DNA of 64,000 bases from Tubulanus polymorphus (Eukaryota; Animalia; Nemertea), in NCBI RefSeq assembly GCF_964204645.1, contig NC_134026.1, forward strand, positions 1,573,950 through 1,637,949. Reading direction: 5' to 3'. Positions 53,801 through 64,000 of this stretch are shown piece by piece (position 1 is the first letter of the stretch; every line of letters starts with the position of its first letter). Made by a program: the position numbers and the translations under genes. The notes under the pieces were generated by a model. That model saw only the letters and a list, made by a program, of their open reading frames with translations, was not told the DNA's origin and ran no database searches.

Positions 53801-56800
53801 GTTCATGATTATAGGGCTTTATTCTAATTGTAGTGTTATGAAATGGGGTATTTTACATAGATAGTCAAAAATATATCTTATTATTATATGTAAAATACCC
53901 CATTATGAACTTGCAGGAGCCTCCAGTGTCTGGTATATTCATCGCTCATTCCATATACTAGTAGTTAGTTAATAAGGCAAAATAAAGAGCGGCAGTTCAC
54001 AGTAAACGCACCTCCGTGTGATGATTGGCGTTGATTGAATGAGGAAATGAAACAATTATTAAGAATACATCGCGGTGTTGGTCGGGTTTGCTGGTGATGT
54101 ATTCTCGCTCAACATTACCGCTCATCTATACTCTGCCTGATACAATGTATTGTCAGAGAGAGACACAGAAAGACAGAGAGTTGTGCAATTCAATATTTTG
54201 ATTAATGATGATGTTAAATCCACCAGTTGTGGCGATGCTCGATTGATTTTATTTTTCTCGTCGCCGCGCGTTACATTACTCGAAGGGGATACGCGCTTAT
54301 GAAAATTTATTCATTCGATTTCGAAAACTGATAAAACTGTCGGTGGTCGGGTTTTTATTTCAAATTAACTTTGTCTAATCAAATCTATAGCAGTGTGAGT
54401 CTGAGTGTGTGTCTTCATCCGCGGTGTTTTTATAAAGCATGCATTGCATGCGGTATTTCTCGAAAAAATATTTATTAGCTATCATCAGGGGGCTGTGTTC
54501 GTTGATTAGGACATTAAGCCTGTCACAAAATATCTCATTTGGACGAAGCAAACATCGCTGTCAAGTATTCCCTCGACTATTGTAGTGAAATGCTGCCCGG
54601 TAATTTGCTTTTAAGTAATAAAGTGTCCTTCAATAGCTGAATAACTGCTGACCGTCGATTAAGTATCGGAAGCTTTTATATCGTGAATCAGTTGTGAATT
54701 CTCGCACAAGTGTCTATTTGTATGAATTCAAATCAACACTTCACTCACATCAGATGAATTGGTTGTTTGTCCGGTGTAACAGTGTCGCTGTATCAGACAT
54801 TGAATCTAGAGGATCCGATGAAACTGGTGGCGTCTTGGAGTTATCAGGTATCAGAGAATCGCTATGGTTACTGTCTCAGGGTATTGCCACGTTAACTAGA
54901 CCTGTATCAGGGTATCATCGTGGTGTTTATCAGGGAATCGTCATAGTAACTGGCTGTATCAGGGAATTGTCATGGTAACTGGCTGTGTCGGGGATCAAAT
55001 CTGCCATCATTGAGTTAGATGATTATTGTATTACTCGTTTTCGTAGAATATAAAAATTATCGGAGTGTGATCAATAATTATCTGATCTGAGTGTGATCAA
55101 TGATTTATTCCGGTTTATCCAACACGCGAATGATATTTACTATCATCATCATCATCATCGTCATCGTCATCGCTGGCAATCGTGACTGAAATATAGCGAG
55201 TCGAGTGAGTGAATGATTCCTCGTTGTCGGTCTCTAAATGAAATATTGTATCGTCGACTCTTGTTACATTCGATAGGCTCATCAGCTGAGTAGAGGCAAG
55301 AGGCGCGCACAAGAGACGTTTTGATTGCTGAGGTACGCGAATCATCGAACGTCTTCCGTTTAACTCCTCGTCTATATCCTCGTGTATATCCTCGTGTGTA
55401 TGTGTGCAGAATTGCGACTTGTTCATGTGCAGGTGATTGATGATAGAAATAAAGCTGTGTTCGGATTCGTTGACAGTCGACAAACAGACGACTGTAGCAC
55501 GCGAGCACGCAGACACTGAAATGGATTCAGTATCAGGAGACAATGTGTCTATATCTACAGGTGACTCAACCCGGTTTAATCCGTGAATGATGACTGAACT
55601 ATTTTATCCCGACGGAATCATAAACATCATAAACATCCCGTGGCTAATTTACGCTCTCTCTGTCGATAGTTGAGCCGAAAGCCGGTCGTTTGCGATGCCG
55701 TATTTTTCTAATGATTGTAGCTACACGGCGACGTTTCTCGTCGACGGACATCGTTGTCGATCTCGGCGGTCGTTTCGGATTTGACGCTGTTTCGATACCG
55801 ACGTCGGTTCGACGACGGCGGGTAATAGACAATCATCGCTAACTTTTGGCCCGGTCGACTCGTCCCTTCTGGGACTAGTTCGCTGCTGCTCGAGGATAAC
55901 AGCTCCGAAGATCCGGAAAGCGTGGAACTGTTCGAGTTTAGTTCATGCGGTGATATGCCGACAGGATCGGACTCGGTTCACGTGTTAGTCCCTAGTCGGA
56001 CTAGCGATTGTTTATACGGACGGTATAGTCCGTATATCTGTTTGCGTAGTAGTTTACAGTTAACATGTACCTGTGTGTTAGTGTTATCGTTCATGGCTCC
56101 TATAATTCTCTATATTACGTTGGCTTTCCTCAACTGGCCGTAGGTAAGCCGGTGTGTATGTTTGTCACTTTTATCTTTCGTCAATCTTGATTGTCTTTTG
56201 TAAAAACTGTTACCCGTACATAATGCGGTTATCTAATGCTGAGTAGTCGATGTACATTACGTAAGTCATCAATATTGGTGTTTCAAAATAACGATAACAA
56301 TTGCGTGTATAAGCATTTATTATGTAATTTGATAAATGACTCTCTATTTCCTAATTATTGAATTTTCATGTTTTTTAACCCTTTCAGTGCGTCTACACTG
56401 CAGTGCAGTGTATTAGTCGGTGATGGACTAGTACTCCGCACTGCGTTGATATAATTAATAATGCTTAATTACTCATCACCGAAAGGGTTTTAATAGCAAG
56501 GTTATATATGTAATATAATTTATATATTCATTCTTTCATTTTGCAGTGTTCAGCGATCCGTCAGCATGGGATATGCTAGAGAAGTTTGGTGAGGGTAATT
56601 CTGATGTACGTATATTCGGTATTCAGTGTGAGTTCGCTGTGTTCGGTGTGATTTCCATCCATCGAAATAAAAACCCACAATACGAAATAACATGATTTTC
56701 ATCGCTCGAAATGTTGCCTGTATTTATGCGTTGATACAGAAAATGCCGTTGATGAATTCGACTTATGGATAAAGCCATGCGTTGAAATGTCTCGGGAATG

Positions 56801-59800
56801 ACGACTATTAACTCGCATTAGGGATTTCTGTAATTCAATTGTAGACAAATGATCGTGATGAAATTGCGTTATTGATTGCGCTTTATACGAGTCTGCGGGA
56901 TTAGCTCGCATCGAAAATTTATGAAGACGGCCAAATCATATTTACTTGAGACTGCCGATTTATTCTAAAGTTTATACAAAGCTGAAATTTGATATTCAAT
57001 CGGTTGTTAAATTACTGTGTTCCTCATGTCATAATCTTCAGTAGAAACACAAATATCATTGCTTTGTATTTGAATTTGTTGTCCAAAATCACGGTTATGC
57101 CACTCAGACTGCGATGTTTATTTTGTGGGTTTGTTAATCGTGTCTTATTGTGTTTTTTTGGGGTTATTTTTCTTTGCAGAATCCCGATTCCGCTCTTACC
57201 CGGCAATCGCTGTACGTAAAGTTCGATCCATTAGTCCAGGGAGATGATAAAAGTCCCGGCAATGTCGGCGTTCTTCCAAATCCAAGAGTACAAGGTAAAG
57301 TCCCTCGTGTAACCTTGTGGATAACTTAGATTCTTAAAGAATTGGCCAAATATCGAAAGGAAACATTTTGCTCCTTACGTCAAACATTTTATGTTTGTAA
57401 TAATGATCACATTCGTTTGCATATAGACTCCATATAAACTACTAGACTGTCTTGTTAAAGAGAACATAATAAGCATGATGAATTTTATCAATTTTACTAA
57501 GAGAGAATCTCTGAAAAGTGACGAAATTTACATAAGGGAAAGATAACGACAAAGGCCTACTAACGATAGGCCTAGTAAAAATTGGCAATGAATATTGAAT
57601 GATGTGTTACTTTCAGGACTGGCGAAGAAGACAAGTAACAGCCAACTGGCTTCACTTGCAGAAAAGTAAGTATCATTAAGGGACGTAACTGTGGTCATAG
57701 TCTTAAACTATTAGTTTTATGGTCTCGTAGCTCCTCATTTATCTAATTGGATAACAGTTGTTGATCGTATCAGTTGTCCGAGTGGTCAGTTATATCTGAG
57801 AGGGGGGCCGACCTTGCCGGTTATATATCGACTTCATTTACACAGTATGACGACGACGCAATGGTATATATCTCATCTCGTTTCAGCCCGAATGCATCGG
57901 TTTATAGCGAGGATCTTCTATTGATGAATACACCACCTCCTAATAAACCACTATCGCGTCTTAAACAACTGCAAATGGGTCAATCGAGACTCGCCCCTCA
58001 ACAGCCGGCCAGCGATCTAGATAATATTTTGACGTGTAGTCCAAAACTCGATGAAGAGGTATGTATATTAAAGCGTCATACATGTATTCGCAACAAAAAT
58101 CAATTTTATCTTCCCCGAAACTATCCGCTGACTGCACACGCGCGCACAGAGTACCGGTATATGGTAGGAATAATAGTAGGAATAAATCTCTGAATCTGGC
58201 GTGTGAATAGTGCTTGTTTTATTTCACATGACTGCGTGTTGTCATATAAAATCCTCTTATGTATGTCTGACTTATATATTCCCCTAGATCATTATTACAC
58301 GGAGATTATCATCCGTCCGTCTGTCTGTAAATCATAGAGAAGATTTCTATTACTTTTCTAAAACACAAAACTCATATGAGAATCATTAAGTTTTATGCTG
58401 TTTTTAGTGTTTTATCTGGTAGAAAAATTCAGGCTTCAAGTCGCAGTTTTGTCTTAACTGCTGAAGGAAAACATATTTTGCTTATTCGATCTGATTTATT
58501 TCACCTGACCGTCATAACATAAACTTATTTCATTCTAAATCGTTGATGTTACCGTCAATGTTGTTTTCTTCAACGGAACCACCGGGGCACTCTATATACA
58601 TATTTGTTTGTTTTTACCTCATGTGCATCAGACATGCCATTCTGATTTAGCGATCGTAGAACCGCCCGAGTATTCAACTCGCGCCGCCGCAGCCGCCGAC
58701 GAGTGGGTCGAACAGATCAACAGTTTTTCCGAGCTCGAGGATTCCGCCGCTTTGTCGCAAGATTCGCTCGAGTGTATATCGTGTACGTGGGGCACGGAGA
58801 CCGGCCGACCGGATAGTCCTCTACAATTCGACCACGACGAAGTCGTACATATAGACGTCTGTGATAGCATTAGCGAATTGAGAGATGACACAGATGTAGG
58901 TTTACGCTCTACTAACGGCATTCATCCTCGTAATTCTAGACGTTTTGATAAACAGCCGACTACGATTGGTTCACATCGTTCTTATACGCGTCAAACCCAT
59001 TAATCATACATAACGTTTGTAGTAAAATAGCTACGATCAGACGTTGAACGCGTTATATACAAATTCAAAAGATTTAAGTAGAAATTTATGTATCAAGAAT
59101 TAAGATCAGAAGTGATAACGTTTCTGACTTTCACTAGAGACCTGTGTCGGGTCCGAAATGTTGTGCGTATCTTCTCATTTTAATTCTTGATAATCGATTT
59201 TTGATTTCAATCTTTTACAATGTATACAGTGGATTTTAACCGTATCATTGATTATTTATATTTATCGCTAGCTTGAATTCGACGAGAATAATGTTTTGGG
59301 GTTGATATTCCTTCCTCGTGCTTAATGGCTGAAAAATGTGCTCCAAAAGCAGACGGCTGTTTCACTGGATTTTATGTTCACACCTCTGGCATGGTTGTTA
59401 GTTCTTCGACTGCATGGTTTCCATATTCGTCTGACCCGCTCTCTCTACCTCTACCTCTTATTTCGAGCTACGTTCATTATTTTTGTATGTCTGATGCTGT
59501 CGTCGTTTTCGTTTTCTTTCACATTCATTTTGTTGAAATCATGGTCTCGGAATATCAAATGTTCTTACGTGTAGCGTGTTTAAACAATCGGTTCCATTTC
59601 CTCAGATGTGTAAAATTTTACTCTCTAACGCGTTTCTGTCAACTACGAGATATCTCGTAGTTCCATTTCAGCCATCATTGTCACTATGAGTTGTTGTAGG
59701 TGATCCTTCTTATTCACGGTTTGATATGAGCTCTCTGGTAATCGGAATGACACATCTCCCGATTGACTGGCAATGTGAATAAAATCTGCTTCATTTTCAA

Positions 59801-62258
59801 TACTCATTGATCAACTTATGAAAATGGCTGACTATGAGATAACTTGTAGTAGTGACTGGGAAGAAAGATGGTGGCAGTGAACGTGTTGAACAGAGTTAAA
59901 CCCGTTCATATCAATTTGACCCTCAAGTCAAACTGCCGAACTGATCTCACGATTCTTACGCAACATTTCTCAAACATCACAACCCATCTGTTGATTCGAT
60001 AGGTTAATTTAGAAATGTTTCATCGTGGTATGACATTGATTTAGTCATTACAACTCCATAACGGCACATGTTGTAATAATAAATCAAGAATCTGCGTGAA
60101 ATCGAATTAGACAATGCCTGAATTAGTTTCGTATATTCGTAACAAACTGAAATATTGTTGATCATATATTGATTATATGTATATATCTAACAGTGTTTAA
60201 ACTAGTACATGTATACTCAGGGATCAGTTATACTGATTTATTCCTAAAACCTGGAAATCTATCTATGTGGTATGTTTTTCTATCATTTATACATCTAAAG
60301 GGGTACATTGTAAACTACTTTGAATTAATCTTTATGTATAAATGTAAACACTCATTGCTTTAGTTTGTAAGGGTTCTAATCAAATATTTTAAGTTTCATT
60401 TCATTTATCATAGTTTTGATTTGCAATCCCTTTTATATTCTCTCTATTAAATGCTTTGGTGTTATGTTAGTTAAAGGATGTTGTTAATTATTTGTGACTG
60501 GGTCAATCAATTCTGGTTTTCAGTGCTATGTGGAGGCCATTTATGAGTAAAATGTGTTTTTTCAAATGTCGCAATCAACAAAGCGTAAGATATCAGATTT
60601 TCTGAAATCCTTTTTTGGCCTGTCTTTGCTGCATTTTTGTAACAAGTATTTTCCAGGTGAAGTTCTAGTTTCATGGTACTTCTGTGTCAGTATTCTATTC
60701 CTGCCAAAATGCACAATGCTCTTCTGTGCCTTATGATAAAGAAAATTCACATCTTTCATCCACAACCATATCGCTGGGAACAAGTTATTATTTTTATTGA
60801 ACTATTCATAAATCATTGGATCATACAGAGTTGATAGTTGTCCGTGAAGTACATATTCACCACTAATAATCTTTATAAAGTTTACTTGTTTTGAATATTA
60901 CAGAACCAAACAGACAGTGGTCGTCCAGAGAGTGAGACGCCTTCTAAACATGATTCCGTCGAGCCATCGAGAGCGGGAACCGGTATTGTTGAGGTATGTA
61001 ACCCCGGTAACCAATAGTGGCTTCAATTGTGCGACCAAAATAGAGGAATTACTATCTAATATAACGTGTATGCTTCAGGTCTTGAAATACACAGAATCCG
61101 ACTTCAAAAAATTAAAGCAACAAATGGAGATGGACTTCCAAGCGCAGTTATTGGCTAAAGAACGTTCGTGCTACAAGAAAGTGCAAGATTTGCAGCAGGA
61201 AATTGCTAAACTTACTGAAGAAAATAAAGCATTGTCAGAATCAGTTGATAACATGACGTAAGTAGCTTTATTTCTATCGATAGACTTCGCTACCGAGTCG
61301 CCATCTACCGAGAAAAATGAGTAGCTTTAAAGTAAAATGTGTTTTCTTTTCGTTTTACAGAAAAGTGGTCGCTGAATATGAGAAAACTATATCCCAAGTT
61401 ATTGGTAAGTTAAGGGTAAATGATACGAGTTATCAGTTATGTCGTGTTTATAAGTCTAATAACTGTATTTTTTCAATAGCTGATAAAGAAACGGTCAGCG
61501 CTTCTTCGGCTGAATCAATGACAGAATTAATTCAGGAACGAAATCATCTGATGGAAAGTTTACAGTCGATGGAAAAAGCATTTTCAGATATGTTGAAACG
61601 ACACGACAGGTCGAAGGAGGTCGTTGAGAGTCAAAAGAAGGTCGGTTTATAATAACTCTCATTGTGTACTGGTTTCCCACCGCTGTTCGATGCGTTCCTA
61701 TTTCAAGTATCAATGTTTAATGTTTTTAGAATGAAGAACAACTGAAGAAATGTATTACTGATTATCAAGAGAAGATGAAGAAAGCAGAAACGAAATACCA
61801 GGCGCTTAAACGGCATGCTGAAGAGAAATTAGTAGCGTAAGTACAGAGCTTGTCGTTAATGGAAATTTGAGCATTTTTAACCGCATTTGGATGGATTTAC
61901 TAACCTCATCAGGTTCATAGATTAGTTTAAACAACGTTCTTTGCCTCAATATTTATGGCCTATCTGTGTATGTTGTTTTTAGGGCAAGTGAAGAAATAGA
62001 AAAAGTGACAAAAAGTAAAGATAACGAATTGACGCGGTTACAATTAGCCGTGAAGAAATCCGAGGTTCAAATTAAGAGCTTAGAAACAGCTGTCGCTCAG
62101 AAGGTAAATTCACCGTCTGCCGTGCGGCATCAAATACTGAGCTGTTTCAAGCGGACATATTTTTACTGTATTGCTTTCGATTTCAGACGAAAGAAAACGA
62201 AGAACTGACTTCAATCTGTGATGACTTGATTTCACAAGTAGGAGGTGGTGGAAGCTAG
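44711..62258 (+). CDS. TACC: Transforming acidic coiled-coil (TACC) family protein; exons approx. 44711-44869, 45125-45353, 45733-46266, 46949-47018, 47469-47817, 56547-56605, 57180-57294, 57617-57665, 57887-58058, (58632-58895), 60904-60993, 61079-61257, 61361-61404, 61480-61640, 61730-61836, 61983-62103, 62187-62258
   Basis: TACC3-like N-terminus ([12 protein letters not shown]...LK|VHFLTP); SDP-type repeats ([13 protein letters not shown]...SPP); the Aurora-A/clathrin segment EFKSATE|[15 protein letters not shown]...[15 protein letters not shown]; and a C-terminal TACC coiled coil ([53 protein letters not shown]). Intron phases agree where checked. Confidence 0.93.
48721..48835 (+). CDS. 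Candidate alternative first coding exon of TACC encoding a hydrophobic leader ([38 protein letters not shown])
   Basis: The ORF ends at donor AAAG|GTACGT in phase 1, matching the phase-1 acceptor at 56547 (giving ...[13 protein letters not shown]). Contains a long hydrophobic stretch. Confidence 0.5.
50761..50835. repeat. (CT)n microsatellite just upstream of micro-ORF copy 1
   Basis: About 30 CT units. Confidence 0.95.
50997..51116 (+). CDS. Hydrophobic micropeptide copy 1, 39 aa ([39 protein letters not shown]); may extend upstream to an in-frame ATG at 50859
   Basis: 35/39 aa identical to copy 2, with 16 synonymous and 0 non-synonymous codon differences over residues 6-38. Confidence 0.75.
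   Translation: MDLRGFCDCLLSSTCMILMVLSFMSPVLLYMIIVLVRWA
51724..51843 (+). CDS. Hydrophobic micropeptide copy 2, 39 aa ([39 protein letters not shown]); below the ORF-track cut-off
   Basis: Paralogue of copy 1; start and stop positions are conserved but the flanks are unrelated. Inr-like TCAGT at about 51693 and 51707; donor CAG|GTGAAT at 51875/51876. Confidence 0.78.
   Translation: MDFHAFCDCLLSSTCMILMVLSFMSPVLLYMIIVLVRWG
52790..53452. repeat. 27-bp minisatellite, about 24 copies, in the large TACC intron
   Basis: Unit GGTCAGTCAT(C/T)TAGCAGCAC(G/A)TTCACT. Confidence 0.96.
55955..56143 (+). CDS. Hydrophobic micropeptide copy 3, diverged, 62 aa from ATG 55955, ending ...[30 protein letters not shown]
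   Basis: Aligns without gaps to copies 1 and 2 (LxxTCxxxxVLSFMxPxxLYxxxxxxxWx*). Its TAG is followed immediately by a consensus donor GTAAGC at 56144. Confidence 0.65.
   Translation: MPTGSDSVHVLVPSRTSDCLYGRYSPYICLRSSLQLTCTCVLVLSFMAPIILYITLAFLNWP
56379..56487. mobile_element. piggyBac-like MITE
   Basis: TTAA|CCCTTTCAGTG ... CACCGAAAGGG|TTTTAA termini. Confidence 0.6.
58632..58895 (+). CDS. Candidate alternative TACC exon: 264-nt symmetric cassette, or a terminal exon to the stop at 59003
   Basis: Acceptor TTTTTACCTCATGTGCATCAG in phase 0 after KLDEE; GC-rich acidic open frame ([14 protein letters not shown]...ELRDDTD); donor GAT|GTAGGT in phase 0. Confidence 0.55.
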
Positions 62259-64000
62259 TATTTATGTGAAAACCGATGACTTAAATAAATGAACTACCTA
62301 TCAGCATATGCATTTCCCGAAACACTGTCAAAAGCAGATATATATATATACACGAGGCTAGATGAAAATGCTTTTAGAGATCCGCTTTAGTGCTTGGATA
62401 ATTTCTAGACGAACAAACGGTCATTATGTTGTATAATGACGATGGGAAAAAACATAATTGACTCAGGGCCGAAATAGGAATGCAAAATGATTTTCGAACC
62501 TAGACACAAAAGTAATACCGGTATACCATTTACATTCAAATGTACATGTATTAAATTTCGAAGACTGATTAGTTTATCTCTGCTTGTCCAAGAGCAGTCA
62601 TCTCATATTGTTTTCCCGAGAAAGAGAGCAGAATATTGTTTTACAAACAAAATATTTATTCGATGCCGTTTGGCCTGGTCTTGAAATCGTAGAATAAGCC
62701 GCTTGATGGCAATTTATATTTGACTGGGCGCATTTGTTGTTGATGTGAGACTTTCGCTGTGTAGGGAATGAAACCAAATGTAAATATTTCTATGAACAAG
62801 TGCCAAGCTTGTGTGATAACGCTTGTAATTGTTTATTCCGTGTTGATGATTCTATTTGTCGGTCCAATATGAAGTATGTTCATTAATCCGTATGTCCGTG
62901 ATGAGCTCGTCGTCATACACTAAGTCGGTACATGAAGTGAATTGTATTTGAATATTGCACAACCTGCCAGATATTAAGAGCTAAATGAATATGTATCAGA
63001 AATGTTAAGATTGAAAGTGAAATATATTGTGTTGAACTTAAATTAATTATTTTTGTGTTGAGTACAACAGGCTATAATTGTAACTAATAAATTAATGTTC
63101 GTTTTTGGTTAAGCTTCAAGAAGTGATGTTTGTCTGTATATTTGTGCTGCTTTCATTCGAAGATTTAAAGATTAACTCGTTCAAAGTTTGATATACGCTC
63201 GATTCTAATGTGAATAGAATGTTAGTTTAAAAACTTATAGTTATGTTGTCAATTCTGGGTTGTTTTTTCACAGCCATAATAATGATGAAGATTGTACATA
63301 TATCAGTTTAAACATATTGTAATTATGTACAGTTAACTTGTTATTATGATCGCCTTTTTGAGTACTGATGTTTCAGTGCTATAGTAGTGTAAATGGCTTG
63401 TCTATTTGTGCTCATGTTTTCTCAATTTATTGCACCTGCTGACGGACACGGATGATTGTCAGTTTCTCCGTACCGGGGTATGTAGAACTAGAAATTGGAC
63501 GATAACAAAACAATGCTATGAATTCATCTTATTGAATAATGATACATATAGGGTATTATAACATGTAGTATGAATTCACGGTGGTTTATTTGATACAATT
63601 TGACGAAGGTTTTTAGAATCACTAATCTTATCTGAATCTTTTATGGAGTTACAATCAGTTGATTGCATAATAAATACTTTGTTAATGAGTAAGAAATCTA
63701 TATATTCCAGGTTTAATGACATTGACACCTTTCATGATTCCATTAGTTTGCCTGAATTTCAGATAAATGATGTTTTTGTGCCTTGTTTAACTTGCTGTTT
63801 TTCTTATGATTACTTGTAACATGCATGTACTAAAAATCCAATTATTTTTGGTGCTCAATAAAAATTAGGCATGATCATACAATAAATAGAATGTGGTTCT
63901 GGTTTTTCTAAATTTTTCTTGTGTTGAACCTGATTTGTTTATGGTTTTTGATAATTCTACACTTCGTTTTTACAAACTCTAGGATTCATATATTTGGATT

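Overview
AT-rich genomic DNA from an animal with short spliceosomal introns. A marine invertebrate, probably a lophotrochozoan, is my inference only. Five spliced genes can be rebuilt by hand: the 3' part of ERCC4/XPF (+, <1-2895), AP1M1 (-, 3707-6704, with a U12-type intron), RAB24 (+, 9065-10740, head-to-head with AP1M1), a CAAX-type complexin (-, 15736-28830, with a candidate 3-nt microexon) and a TACC-family gene (+, 44711-62258). The most striking unexplained signal lies in the 8.7-kb TACC intron (47818-56546) that splits the Aurora-A-docking segment. It holds three paralogous hydrophobic micro-ORFs; two are 39 aa, identical over 33 consecutive residues despite 16 synonymous codon changes, which is the signature of purifying selection. 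A fourth related hydrophobic exon splices in frame onto the C-terminal half of TACC. The window also carries many foldback/MITE elements (several with decayed Penelope-type hammerhead cores), three minisatellites and several microsatellites. All exon calls were made by eye, without transcript data.
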